Virus record (IMG/VR): IMGVR_UViG_3300038443_001768
DNA: 64,000 nt
Origin: a virus
Reading direction: 5' to 3' (one strand)
Shown here: positions 17,741 to 30,311 of the stretch, piece after piece
How positions within the stretch are numbered: position 1 is the first letter of the stretch
How the letters are laid out: every line of letters starts with the position of its first letter
Translations under genes and position numbers: made by a program
Notes under the pieces: model-generated
What the model saw: the letters and a program-made list of their open reading frames with translations, nothing else
The model's database searches: none
Told to the model about the DNA's origin: nothing

Positions 17741-20700
17741 ATGACGACCTGGAACCCTGTCATCGATCTGCCCAGCGGCCACCGCGTCTTCGCTGGAGGC
17801 GGGCGGTTCGCCGTCGCCGACGAGTCCGGCTCGTGGCCACATCTCACCGATGACGGCGTGCTGTGGCTGGACTTCGACCGCCCGCTCACGCTGGGCGAGG
17901 AGGCCAGCGAATTCGTGCCGCGCGACCGCGTCATGCCAATGATCCCGCTGAAGCGCGAGGACGGAACCGAAACCCGCACCGTCGCTGACGCGGCTTCGAT
18001 CGTGGCGTTGTCGCTGCGCTTCGATTGGGGCATCAACGTGCGGGGGACGCTGTTGAGGGCGGTGCGCGCATGAGCAGCAACGACGCCATCAACCGGGTCG
18101 CCCTGGCGCTGCGCGCGGCGTGTTGCGCGCATCCCGACCAGCGGGTGATGCAGGTACTGGTCAACGCATGCTGTGGTGTTGACCCGTTCTATCTCGAAGA
18201 CAGCGAAGCCGAGCAGGCGCTGCGCGCATACGCTGAGAAGGCCGAGTAGGAGCTATCCATATGCTGATGAGTTTCGGACTCCGCCTCACCGGCTACTACG
18301 GCGACTCGCCCGCCGAGGAAGGCGGCTACGACGGCTACCGCGTCATCAAGTCCATCAACTTCTCACTACCGATGGTCGAACCCGGTGATGTCGACGCAGC
18401 CATCGACGCCGTCAACGTCGAGGAGAAGGCGCTCTCGCAGATCGACTCGTTCATCTCGTGGTGGGTGACTGCTGAGCGTTTCGAGTGCTACACGCTGATC
18501 GAAACGGAGCGCCAGCGGTCGTTCTTTCGCTACGAACTTCTGCGCGCTCTGACCCACGCACTGGACGGAACCGATGACAGCTGCGTCTTGTACCGCTACG
18601 AGATGACAGACGAGTCGTGTTTCGTGTCGACACTGCGCCTCTACAACACCACAGACGATGCCTGATCGACGCACCCGACTCAACGACCTCGTCAATGTCT
18701 ACCATCGCCGCCATTACGGCGACTACGACGACATGTACGAGGACTTCGAGCAGACCTATCTCGCCGAAGACCACGACGAGAGTCTCCCGATCCCCCGGTA
18801 CGCGTCTATCGCGGGTGACGAGACTTACGGGAAGATCACACTGTTCGATGACATCAACGAGGCGCTCGCCGATCAGGCCGCAACCAGCGACAACGGTGAG
18901 TACCTCAACGTCCCGGAAGGAATCATCGACCTCGACACCGGCGACGAGGTCGAGACCGTGACGCGCACATTCCTGAAGGCTGACTACGACCGCCTGCGTG
19001 CGGCGTTCGACGAGTCGTCGCCCGACGACGTCGGCAGGGCCACCAAGATCGTCGCCATCGCCGACGACATGTTCAACAGAAAGGACAACACATGATCACC
19101 GCCATCGAAGCCACGGAGGAGCACATCGAGCAGGCCCTCGACGCGCTCAACAAGATGTCCCTCATCGTCCGCAATGACATGCTCATGCGGGGCGAATACC
19201 TGACGCCCGATATCGTCGATTACGAACTCGCCAAGAAGGGCGCGATCTGCGGAGGGCACAAGGCCTGCGCCGTGGGGTCGCTCTATCTCGCCGCCGGGGT
19301 TCGCCGCGAGCGTCGCGAATTGGCCTGGTCGCTGCCCGGAGCCTACCCGCACGAGCGCCCGTACTTCATGGCCAGTCGCCCCGCGTTGCGTGTCGCCTAT
19401 GAGGCGCTCAACGCAGCCGCTGAGCGATACTGCGGGCGGCATGGTATCGACCTCGACAACTACACCCGCTACGACGCCATGACCAACGAGGCCGGGATGT
19501 TGGAACGCCTCTTCGAGGCCACCTACGTCGGCACCGACGACGTCGTCATCGACGCGGCGGTCGAGCTTCCCAAGATCATCAACAGCGCTAAGCGCGCGCT
19601 GCGTCGTCAGGCTGCGCTCGCGGCCTGATCTACACCAACAACGAGAGGATCATCCCGCATGCACAAGATCATCAACAACAAGTCCCCGCGTCCCGGCCAG
19701 CCGAACCCGTACATCGAGCGGAGTCTCGACGTGCTGACCAAGCTGTGTGCGTCGGCAACGCCTCAGACGCGCGAGGCGCTCGAACTGTCCACGTTCCGGG
19801 CGCTGTCGCTGCTGGAGAACAAGCTCATCAAGCGGGTTGCCGTTCACCACACGGGTCAGGCCGGGCGGCCGGCGTACCTGTACGCGCCGACCGCCAAGGC
19901 GCGCCGAGCCGTGGAGGACCGGCTCCGCAGCGGGCGCATCGTGCGTCGGGGGCGTCGCCTGGTGGTGGTGTCGTGACAGGCTCGACGTTCCCAGAACAAA
20001 GCGGAGGCGACGCCTTCGACTTTCTCGTCCACGATCGCATCACCATCTGCGCGCGCTGCGGGTACGCGGCCTGGCGCGACGGTTACCCCTGCAACCGCTG
20101 CGGCGGCCTGGAGCCCCGGGTCTACGTACCGCTCTCGGAAGTCTCCGCTTTGCTGGGGGATCAGGCCCACCCCGACTGGTCCGACTACGTCGCCACGAAC
20201 CTCCTCGATGCGCTTGAGCAGGTCCCAGACACGGGCGACTGGCACGGCGCGCTGCGGGCGTGGTGCGGCGCTCGGATCAGCGGCAAGCTCGCGCCGAACC
20301 GGACAGGCGCATCAGGCCAGAAGGGCAGGCCGAGCGATGCATGATCCGCACGACTACACGATTGAGGTGTGCCGTGTTTGCGGAGCGCAACTCAGCCTCT
20401 ACGGGAACGGGCGGTGTCCAGTCGATCGCGCGCACTGGCGAGTCGGCGGCATGGCACGTCGTCGCGCGGCCTGAAGCTCAGCAGGATCGGCACTATGGCG
20501 CGGCCGTGATCTCGCCCGAGGCGAAGACATTCGCGGCTCCCACGTTGGCCGACAACCAGGAGGAGGAGCAATGAAGGTCTACAACTACAAGGATGGTGTT
20601 CGGCGCGCCGTTGTGCGCGTCGAGCATCACATCGATTTCAACTGGCTCGTCTGGACCGCAGCCAACCTCATCGATGGCGTCGTCGACGCTGGCGATGACG

Positions 20701-22532
20701 ATGTGGTCGAGCAGGTCGAGGAGGCAGCCGCGGAGTTGACCCGCCGTGATGTCGAGCGGCGGCTTCGTAGTAACCTCGCGCTGGACGGCGAGGGATGGAT
20801 CGATTTCCAGGACGAGCGAATCAGCCTTGCCGCCGAGACCTGGGACGGCCACTTCGACTACAACGAGGAGATCGTGCCGCTGTTGGTGGCGCGCCTCCAG
20901 ACCTTGTTCCCTGAGTTCAAGGAGCCAACATGAGGCGCTCGCTGTTGTTTTGGTTGTTGTTGGTCGCGGCTGTCTTTTGTTTCGTGATGGCGGCGGTGGT
21001 CTACGTGCGTGATCACCGAACGACCATCACTGTGTCTTCGGATGAGCGCGTGCCAGCACTGAGCCAGGCGCTGGCGAAGCGGGCCGCGCCACTTCCTGAG
21101 CGCCTCGCGTACTGCGATTTCATGCGTCCGTTCGGTACGTTTATGTCGAACACGCAAATCATGTGCTGGGAACGAGCGCTCGATTGGCGGCGTACATGGC
21201 CTCAGGTGAAGGTCCTGTGCCGCCGTCGTGGGCTCGTATGCTGGCAGAGGAGGCTGCGGGACAGATGAGCTATCCCAGAATCATCATTCTCAGCCTCGTC
21301 GGCCTCTTGCTGCTGCCTTCGTCGACGCTGGCGCAGCGGCACACACTGGGTCAGGGCGCGGCCGTATCCAACTACGGCGTCACAGTCGCTGGGCAGCAGA
21401 CGTCACCTACAATGACGGTGATCTTCACGGGCCAGCAGCGGTATCCGCACGGACGATGGGTGCTGCGCTTCGCGCAGGTAGCGGCCGACGACACCAACAT
21501 CGTATATGTGCCCGTGGCGGCACATCCATGTCCTGGGCCGTATTACGTTGTACACCTCATAGGTGAACAGGCTGAGTGTTTCGCAGCCTTCACCGATACG
21601 ATTCCAAAGGAGGTCATCGCATCGCTAAGACAGAACACGTGATCGGTCGATTCGCGGTCGTCCCAAACCACATCTATGGACCCTCCGTGATATGCCGCGG
21701 GTGGGGGCTGGTGGACTCCTGTCCGTCGGCGGAGTCGGCGGAGCGCATCGCCGCGGCCCTGAACGCGCTCATCGTAGACGCCGACGCGCTCACATACTCC
21801 TACGGCATACCTGAACTCAACGCCCTCGAAGAGCGCGAGAAGGACCGCGTGATTCGCGCACTTGGTCGTTACATCAGAATGCGCTGAATTCAATGCAGCG
21901 TTCGACGCACTTGACTCGCGTCGCCTCGGCCTGGTAGGTTGCACACGGCATGCGCTCGGGCCGACCCGCCCCGGCGTGTGGACCAACAGCGGGGCCTGAG
22001 GGGCGCCCAGCACAGGGGCGCCTCTCGGGTTCCCGAGGCCGGGCAATGCGAAGGCTCTACCGAGACATTCTCCGCCGTCGATCCGCCACCAGGCGCGAAC
22101 CCGACATGGCCGCCTATGAGGCCTTACGGAGAGCCGCATACGATGCGTTCCGTGCCCGCCAGAGCGGTCTCCACGTGGGTCGGCCGCTCCACCATCGCAG
22201 ACCTCGTGATCTCTCGTAGCGAGCTATCCGCCGCCGCACGTCGCAACGACGCGCTCGTCGCGGCCGGCGTCCCCATTGATCGCCTGTTAGCGGACCTGAA
22301 CATGGAACCGCGCTCCTTGATCAGCGTTGCTGAGCAAAGAGCCCTGCGGATCGCACTCCTTCACGACGGCTGGACAGAGACCGAGTTGGACGTCATGGGA
22401 AGCATGCTGCGTCCGCAGCGCGTCCGCCTCGAAGAGGCCACGAGGTTCTGGATGCCTACCTTCTGCGCACTCGTCATCGACGGCGCTGCGCTTGTCCGTC
22501 GGGCTGAGCAGACTTACTCATCCCGCGCCTGA
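17741..22532 (+). other. Run of hypothetical genes (17741-18073, 18070-18249, 18261-18665, 18658-19095, 19092-19628, 19659-19976, 19973-20344, 20571-20933, 20930-21268, 21265-21642, 21639-21887, and one ending 22532)
   Basis: Coupled ORFs. 19659-19976 is winged-helix-like (GRPAYLY); 20930 and 21265 have signal/TM N-termini. Confidence 0.65.
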
Positions 22533-22676
22533 GAGCGCTATTTGCGTGCCTCTGTGAGGCCTAAGCTGGCGCGCCAGCGCTCCTCTATGAGTAGGTTTGG
22601 TGGCCGCCTAGGCCGCCGTAAAGCCCTTATTTGCAGCCATTTCCTGCCCGAATGGGTAGGTTCGGTGGCGAAGCGT

Positions 22677-22704
22677 TTGACATCCCCAGTTTTGGGGGTA
22701 TATT
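22677..22704 (+). promoter_or_regulatory. Sigma70-type promoter of the DGQHR gene
   Basis: TTGACA-N16-TATATT. Confidence 0.6.
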
Positions 22705-22766
22705 TGTCCACACCGAACGACCCACGAGGGAAGCCAAAGAGGGCGGAAATCGAGGGAACGAAGAGG

Positions 22767-22864
22767 TCACGGACCTAAGTCTCAACCGCGAGCAGTCCGC
22801 CCGAAATCCAAGGGAGGCGCACACCGAGAGGTGTCGTTCGGGCAGACTGCTCGCTTTTCTGTGA
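22767..22864 (+). ncRNA. Structured 5' leader (candidate attenuator/cis-regulatory RNA)
   Basis: GCGAGCAGTC-C-GCCCGAA pairs with TTCGGGC-A-GACTGCTCGC; inner ACACC-GAGA-GGTGT; outer TCACGGA/TCTGTGA. Confidence 0.5.
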
Positions 22865-22921
22865 GGGAACGGCGAAGCAGGAAACCATATCGCATCCAAA
22901 GAGAGAAGGAGGTTTCCTCAC

Positions 22922-24238
22922 ATGTCCACGCAGAGTGCAACCGAGACCACCAAGGGGCAGGTCGTGCTCGTCGCCATGGAGAGCGGCAACATCGACACGA
23001 CGTGCTACCGAGGGTCGGCACCGCTGTCGGCGCTGTCGGCGATCTCACAGGCCGACGTGTTCGACCAGGTCGCCAACCCCGGCGGCCTTCAGCGCGACCT
23101 GTCGCCGAAGCACGCCAGCGACGCCTACAACTACGCCAACCGCGAGCCGAACCCGGAGTTCCCGCGCGCGTTCCCCGAGGTGATGCTCAACGTGCGAGAC
23201 GAGGACGTCGTGTCCGTCGAGGCCATCAACACGGGCCGCCAGCGCCAGATCAAGGTCATCAAGTTCGCCTTCGATCTGAGTGCCATCGACGACGCCATCA
23301 AGGAGGGCCGGATCGCCGTGTCCCGCATGGACGGCAACCACCGGCTCTGGTTCGGCAACGGCGATGACAAGAACCGCGCCCCGGTCGACACGGTGGTGCC
23401 GTTCCAGATCCACGTCGGCCTGACGCCGGAGCAGGAGGCCAACCTCTTCACCGACGTGAACGCCAACCAGAAGGGGCTCAACTCCTCCCACCTCCACGTC
23501 CTGCGCTCGCGCCTGACGCCGGAGGAGCAGGAGCTTCGCGACCACCCGGAGCGCGTGTTCGCGCTGCGCCTCTCCGAGGACACGGAGTCGCCGTGGCACG
23601 ACCTCGTCCACATGGGCGGCTCGAAGCAGGGCTCGCGTGCGGCCGGGCAGGAACGGCCGGTGTCGTTCGTGACGCTGGAGCAGGGGATCAAGCGGATGCT
23701 CAACAAGTCCGTCTACATCCACGACCTGCCCAACCCGAACGCGCAGTACGTGCTGATCCGGAACTTCTGGAACGCCGTCCGCGCGGAGTTCGAAGACCAG
23801 TGGCAGAACCACAAGGAGTTCCTGCTGCTGAAGAACCTCGGTGTGCTGTCGCTGTCCATCTTCGGCGGCACGGTCATCGACCGCTCGATGGCGCGCGGCG
23901 AGGTCACCGCCGAGGCCATGCGGGGCTACATCACGCAGGCCAAGGACGTCTTCGACTGGCACAAGGACGCCAAGGGCGAGCGTTCCCTGGTCGGTATGTC
24001 CGGCAACCGGGCCGCGCTGATCGTCTCGGGCGAACTCGCGAAGGACCTCGTGGACCCGGGCGAGTCGGCCATCGTGCAGTCGCTCCAGGAGCGTCTGCTC
24101 GCCGAGGCCGGCACGATCCCCGACGAGATGCCCGCCGAGTGGGAGCGCCGCCCCGACGTGGCCGACCTGGTCGCCGCCGGGGTCCGGGCCTCGGTCGGCG
24201 GGCTTGAGGACGACGGTCAGGAGCCTGACCAGTCGTAG
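22922..24238 (+). CDS. DGQHR-domain (DndB-like, ParB/Srx fold) protein
   Basis: GLQRDL...FPxxxLN...MDGNHR...EQEANLFTDVNANQK motifs; AAGGAGG SD. Confidence 0.85.
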   Translation: MSTQSATETTKGQVVLVAMESGNIDTTCYRGSAPLSALSAISQADVFDQVANPGGLQRDLSPKHASDAYNYANREPNPEFPRAFPEVMLNVRDEDVVSVEAINTGRQRQIKVIKFAFDLSAIDDAIKEGRIAVSRMDGNHRLWFGNGDDKNRAPVDTVVPFQIHVGLTPEQEANLFTDVNANQKGLNSSHLHVLRSRLTPEEQELRDHPERVFALRLSEDTESPWHDLVHMGGSKQGSRAAGQERPVSFVTLEQGIKRMLNKSVYIHDLPNPNAQYVLIRNFWNAVRAEFEDQWQNHKEFLLLKNLGVLSLSIFGGTVIDRSMARGEVTAEAMRGYITQAKDVFDWHKDAKGERSLVGMSGNRAALIVSGELAKDLVDPGESAIVQSLQERLLAEAGTIPDEMPAEWERRPDVADLVAAGVRASVGGLEDDGQEPDQS

Positions 24239-24252
24239 TCCGAGGGCGAACA

Positions 24253-24308
24253 TTTGCGGGTTTTCCCCGCAAAACGCGAGAAAGGGCGGCCTTGAAAGCC
24301 GCCCTTTC
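24253..24308 (+). terminator. Two hairpins after the DGQHR gene
   Basis: TTTGCGGG/CCCGCAAA and GAAAGGGCGGC/GCCGCCCTTTC; the second overlaps a TTGAAA-N17-TAGGGT promoter-like site. Confidence 0.55.
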
Positions 24309-24749
24309 AGTGTGTAGGGTCCAAGACCCCCCACACATCCCACGGAAAGGGACCAGTTGTACACCAAGACCCATGATGCGCACCTGTTGGGCCTCACGGC
24401 CCTGGAGGAGCGCTCCATCATGATGGCCGCGTTGCTGGCCTACGAGGGCCGCCACGATGAGGCAGAGGCAACGCGATGGGCAGCCAACTACCACGGCATC
24501 AGCGACACCGAAGACGCCAGGTAGTCGGAGGGGCAGGGAAGATGCTGCGTGTCCGCTCAGTCTGACTGAGCGGACACAAGGCCTCACCAAAGGGGTAGGT
24601 CTTGATAATCACCATCATCTACCGTCGGCGCGACGTCTTCATGATGGAGACCGGAGATATCGACGATCCCGCCGAGACCGTGGCGCATCTCGTCGCGCTC
24701 GGCGCGCAAGACATCGAGGCGCTGCCTCAGCGCGCGCCAACGACGCGAC

Positions 24750-24778
24750 TTGACACCGTGCCCGCGATGTCATAGAGT
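24750..24778 (+). promoter_or_regulatory. Sigma70-type promoter
   Basis: TTGACA-N17-TAGAGT. Confidence 0.6.
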
Positions 24779-24820
24779 GCTTGTTGTCAGTCGTTCCCCA
24801 CACCAAAGGAGGTCCAGACC

Positions 24821-25465
24821 ATGAGCCCCACATTCCCGACGCACTCGCACTTCGAGGACCCCGGCGCGCAGGACTCGAAGGCCGCGTCGAAGTCTCAGAC
24901 TCGCGCGCTCTTCTTCGCCTCGGGTCTTGACGTCCGGCCGCTGAGCCTGACCTACGCCGAGGCCTCCAGCTACCTCGACCGCCTCAAGGACGCCGCGCTC
25001 GCCGAGGCCGCGATCGACGAACTCCAGGCACGCGGAGCGACCGGCGCTCCGAAGCTGCCCAAGGCGGTCCGCGATGCTCGCCATGGGGCGCTGTGGAGGC
25101 GGGCGTGGGCGGCGGGCGTCGCGGCCGCTGAAGCCCACACCCCGACGCCGATGACAGTGGTTGAGCGCGCGAACCCGCTCGCCGACATCATGGGCGGTGA
25201 TCCCGGTCCCGTGGTGCGGCAGTACGAGCCGGTCGCCGACGGCGTTTGTGGCTTCGCCTGGGTCACCATCCATCCGGGCAACTCATCGTTCGCGCGCTGG
25301 CTGACCAAGCAGGATCTCGCGCGGCCCCACTACAGGGGCGGCGTCCAAGTCTGGATCAGCGCCTACAACCAGTCCTACGAGCGCAAGTCTGTTCACGCGC
25401 AAGCGATGGCAGAGGCGCTGCGCGAGGAAGGCGTTCAGGCCTACTCGGGCGGAAGGCTCGACTGA
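24821..25465 (+). CDS. Conserved phage hypothetical protein
   Basis: GVCGFAWV...QSYERK...AYSGGRLD C-terminal motif; AAAGGAGG SD. Confidence 0.75.
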   Translation: MSPTFPTHSHFEDPGAQDSKAASKSQTRALFFASGLDVRPLSLTYAEASSYLDRLKDAALAEAAIDELQARGATGAPKLPKAVRDARHGALWRRAWAAGVAAAEAHTPTPMTVVERANPLADIMGGDPGPVVRQYEPVADGVCGFAWVTIHPGNSSFARWLTKQDLARPHYRGGVQVWISAYNQSYERKSVHAQAMAEALREEGVQAYSGGRLD

Positions 25466-28400
25466 TGAGCAACACCGTCCGGCTCACCAGCACTCACGGT
25501 GAGGTCCGCTACGGCAAGAGCCTGTCCACGGACTTTCAGCGTGTCGCCGACAGCACCGGCGAGGCGTGGCTCGCCGAGGACATCGACTGGTCTGACCGCG
25601 ACGACTACCCGCGCTGGTTTGTCCCTCGCGGGGAGCGCGCACCGCAGGACGGCCCCTGCTGGGTGGGCAGTGTCCTCATGACACATGACGGACGCGTTCG
25701 ACGCGACGTGGGCTACTCCGAGGCGCAGATCGCCGCCATCGTGGAGGCTGGGGCCGTGGCGTTCAGTGCTGTCGAAGCTCAGCGCTACGACGATGACGTG
25801 ATGCGCCCGCTCTACATCGATTGGAGCGCGGCGTCGAATTCGGACCGGAAAGGAACTCTGAGTTGTTCTCCCTGACCATCCAACTCGGTAACGAAGCGAT
25901 GCGAACGCCGAGAGATGTCGCTCGGTCCCTGTACCGGCTCGCTGACCATCTCAACGACGGTGGCGACTCGGATGGCTACGTACGCGACGACAACGGCAAC
26001 ACCGTAGGTCGCTGGACCGCCGAATGGCCGATCGTGGGAGACGATGAGTGATGCCATTCACGCTTGCTGATCCGCCGCCGATTGAGCAACTCGATCACAT
26101 CATCGTCGCCGCTCACCGCTCGGTCGTCTACAGTCGGTTCGATCCCGAGCGGGCGTGGATTCTCTTGACCTACATCAACGGAACAGGGTGGGCCATGTGG
26201 GGCTCTGAGCCCAACGAACAGGTTGCACGCAAGACCGCGTTCGAGCGCACCCGGCGGACAGGGTATCGCTACGCCGTGATCGCCTACTCGGATCTCGCTG
26301 AGCGCGACCAAGCACTACTGGCCTCGGCCCGAAAGAACGCACGATGAGATACAAGGCACGACTCCTCTACGCGGATGGCGTGTCGACGATGGTGACGATC
26401 GACATCCACGATGACGTCTCCTCGCCCGAGGCGGCGCGCGCGGCAGCCGAAAAGTATGCCTTCGACGAAGGCGCACAAGTCGACGACGTCTTCATCGACG
26501 GCGCGACGATACTGGTGTCGCCGTGTCTGGAAGTCTTCTACGACGGACTCGAAAGGGGCACCCTGTGAGATACATGGCCAAGCTCGTCTTCGACGACAAT
26601 ACCGACATCGACGTCGCGATCGACATCGACACCAACGAGGTCGACAACCCGCGCATGCTGGCCCAGTACGCGGTCGGGGCCTACGCTGAGCGTCTCAACG
26701 CCCGCATCGATCGCGTCTGGCGCGACGAGGCCCACCTCTTCGTCTCCAACGGCGCGTGGTATGAGCGCGACGTCGAGGGCTACGTCGAGAGGGGCGCGAT
26801 GTGACTGTGTCGGCTCCGCCATCGTCGTACCAGGCCGGGGTCTCGGTCAGCGGCCAGAAGGTCCACGCCGTGGCGCCCGGCACCGTGGTCCGCAACCCCT
26901 TGACGTTCGCGCGCGAGGCGCGCTCCCTCTGCGGCGAGGACGTCGTCGCGGTGCCACGCGAGCACTTCGACCCCGATAACGAGGCCGCCTGCTGGCGATG
27001 CGTCAGCAGCGTTCGCCTGCTTCGTGGTCCAGGCGCCTAACCGCTCAACGAAAGGAACCAATCATGAGCTTCAAAGTCGAGGTGATCGCAGACAGTTCCG
27101 GCAAGTGGTACAGCAACGCCGTTCGCTTCGCCACAGCCCCGGAGGCAGAGGCTGCGGGTCACGATCTTGCCGGCCGCTGGGCACTGGTTCAGGAGTGGCG
27201 CGTCGCTGAGTCCGACGAGCCCGTCAACTACATCTGGCGGGCCGGCCAGGCGGTGCCGGTCTAATGTTCTGGGCGAAAACGCTCCGAGGCCGCGCGTGGG
27301 CTGACTCGGTTCCCGCGCGCACCGAGACGTCGGCCCCGGTGGGGACGGCCCCGGCGCGTGTCCTGATCGGCATCCAAGACGACGGCCACACCGTAACCGG
27401 TGTCATGGACGTCGACGAAGCAGTCGACCTCTATCGAGGTCTCGGCATCGCGATCCGTGACGCGGGCGGTGAGGTGCCGAAATGAGAGAGATTCGTTACG
27501 AAACCACATCCAACGACCGGACGCTGAAGATCAAGCGGATCAAGGTATGCAAGACCGGCGCTCGCTACGACGACATCGTTGACGAGCTTGAGATCGAAGA
27601 AGAACGCGACGGCTCGTTCAGCGTCTACATGGATCACTCAGACGGCGACCCTGACGACAACAGATGGGCCGACATCACCATTCGTAGAGAGGACGCACTC
27701 ATGCTGTTTGAGTGGCTCGCTACCAAGGAAGGAGGAGCGCGCAGCGCATGACCGTGCACCACTTCACGTTTCAGCGCATCGTGCATGGAGACGACGTCGT
27801 CGAGATCGGCAAGGTGCTCGATCGCCTCACCCAAGAGGGCCGAGAGGTCGTGTCAGCATCGCACTCCGTGTACACGATCACCACCTTCAATCAGACCTAT
27901 ACGTATGTGGATGTCGTCGTAGTTACGCGCGAGGCCGAGACCACGTATGAATCAAGGACTACGTATGAGCGAGACCTCATCAGCCGCATGGAGGACTGGC
28001 TCGGCGTCCACGAAGGCTACATCGACGAGCACGAGGACGAGTACCGCGCCCTCCAGCGAGAGGTGCGCGTTTACCTGAGAGGAAACCAATGACCCGCGCC
28101 ATCACACCCAGCGAGGCCGCTGACCAGGCAGCGGCGGCACCGAACATTCCGGATCAGGTCTTCGAGGTCTTCAACGAGTTGATCGTCAAGAACCTAAGAG
28201 ACGGCGAGGCGCACGTCCTTCTGGACGATGCCGTGACCGCAATCTCAGGCGCGCTAACCGTGGAACGGCAAGACGTCCTCGACAACCACTGGCTTGACGT
28301 CGAAGACGCCTACCGCGTCCAGGGCTGGGTCGTCGATTACGACAAGCCCGGCTACAACGAAACCTATTCAGCGTTCTTCACCTTCAGGAGACCTCGATGA

Positions 28401-30070
28401 CCGACATGATCCATGCCGACGTGGTCGCCCAGCGCGAGCTATCCCTGCGGCGGCATCTCAAGACCATCAACCCGACCTGGCCGACCTACTATGTCGGCGT
28501 CGCCGAAGAGGCTATCGCGGCCGTCGAGGCTGGCGAGGACGACTTCAAGATCACCATGCCGGGCGGACGAACCGTGACGGCCGAGAACGTGATCTCTGCG
28601 TTTTCGCTGAGTGGGTTCATCGAGGTCGCCAATGACTGACACCCCGTCGATCGAGGCGCGGTCCAGGCGAGACGTCACGTACACGCTGACACCGACGGGT
28701 GACCGAGAGATCGACACGCTACGGCTTTGCGTGCTGGCCCTCAACAACCTTGACGACCCAGCGACTGTTCGCGTTGTCCGGTACCTGTACGAGCGGTATC
28801 CAATCGTTCCCGCTGCCCCAGAAAGGAAAACATGAAGTGAGCACGCCAGACCCATATCGCGCCTATAAGATCGGCTCAGCAACAGCCGCGCTCAACGTAG
28901 CGTCGGAAGCGCTGGGAACGGCCTTCATGAGCCTCCTGTCACTTGAGGGCTACGACTCCGCTGTCGTGGTCGCCGTGCGCGAAGCCCAGGACGCGGTTCG
29001 GCGAGCACAAGGAATTACCCTTGACTGGCACGAGAAGGACGACTGAATGAGCGCGCCGCTGAAGTTTCCGCTCACGCTCTACGTGTGCCCGGCCTGTGAG
29101 ACGGTCGACCAGGACCAGGACTACACAGGCGGGCACGACTTCAACACGCACCCTGAGTGCCACCGCAACCAACGCGTCCCTGTCCGCGTCATCGCCTTCG
29201 ATACCGCTGTGTGGGTGCTGACGACAGCACTCGTCGGCGCTGGCATGCCGCGTCAGCGCGCAGAGGTCACGGCGATCGAGCTACTCAACGACGCTGAGCG
29301 CATCGCCGACGTCACCGCTCAGCCATATCGAGAGGAGGAGCTATGAAGGTCTACGCAGCTTATGTCTACAACGGAGCGAGCCCGCCGCACTTCGTGGGCG
29401 TGTACTCAACATATGCGAAGGCCTTGCTTGCGTCGAGCCCACGCATCGACGACATGGTCAAAGAGTTCGAGATCGAGCCCGACGACCGCTCATTCCCAGC
29501 GATCTCTGGGACCATCACGGCGTGCGAGAACTGCAACGTCGTCCTCGCCCGTGACGGCGAGGTCGTCGGTCGACATCCGGGCACCGTGTGTTCGCACCTG
29601 CGCGGCGGGACCTACGTCAATCTCAACTCTGTCGTCGACGCCGTCATGGACGCGCAGGCGGAGTTGCAGACCCCGTTGGGGTTCTACCGCATGTATAACC
29701 CCAACTACAAGCACGCGTTGCCAATCGAGTATGACGAGGAGATCGAAGACCGGCTGGCGAAAGCACTTGCACAACTACACGCGCTGCTCGTCGCCCTGGG
29801 CACGCCGATGTATCAACCCGCCACCCACGAAGAGGTCGAGTCGATCGACCTGAAGCCAAATCCGTGAAGGTCTACGTGGCCTTTCATAGAGGCGAATTCT
29901 TCGGCCACGACGTGCCGCCCGGACCGAGTTCGTTCGTCGGCGTCTACGCAACGCGCGAGGAGGCGCTACGTCACTGCTGGCCTGAAGGCGACTCGCAATT
30001 TGTCGAAGAGCGCGAACTTGAGGCTGCTCGCGAGGAAGAGCCGTCGTTCCCGCAATGGAACTTCCCTTGA
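25465..30070 (+). other. Run of ~18 small coupled hypothetical genes
   Basis: Includes 25465-25875, 26048-26347, paralogues 26344-26568/26565-26804, 27064-27264, 27482-27751, 27748-28092, 28089-28400, 28397-28639, 29047-29346, paralogues 29343-29867/29864-30070. Confidence 0.65.
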
Positions 30071-30095
30071 CATCAGCCCGCAACTAGGCTAGGGT
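30067..30095 (+). promoter_or_regulatory. Sigma70-type promoter, leaderless gene
   Basis: TTGACA-N17-TAGGGT, 7 nt before ATG 30103. Confidence 0.6.
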
Positions 30096-30311
30096 CATCG
30101 CCATGACGCCGGAGCGCGCCTTCCATCTGTTCGGAGACGTGCTCTCGAATCGTGACATCAGGATCTTCTCGCGCAGCGATCTCGCCCACGGGCGCGTGTG
30201 GTTCGTCCACGCCACCGTCGGCGATGAGACGCGCGAGGTGTTCCAGACCAACGATCCCAGCTTGGCGGCGCGTTGGCGCGAAACCTACACCCGACTGGAA
30301 AGGAACGCTCA

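Noticed and set aside
23045-24421. 458-aa minus-strand ORF
   Set aside because: Antisense shadow of the high-GC3 DGQHR gene; no recognisable motifs
17528-25480. Hammerhead ribozymes at CTGATGA sites
   Set aside because: No correctly placed GAAA or stems; the sites are stop/start overlaps or coding sequence
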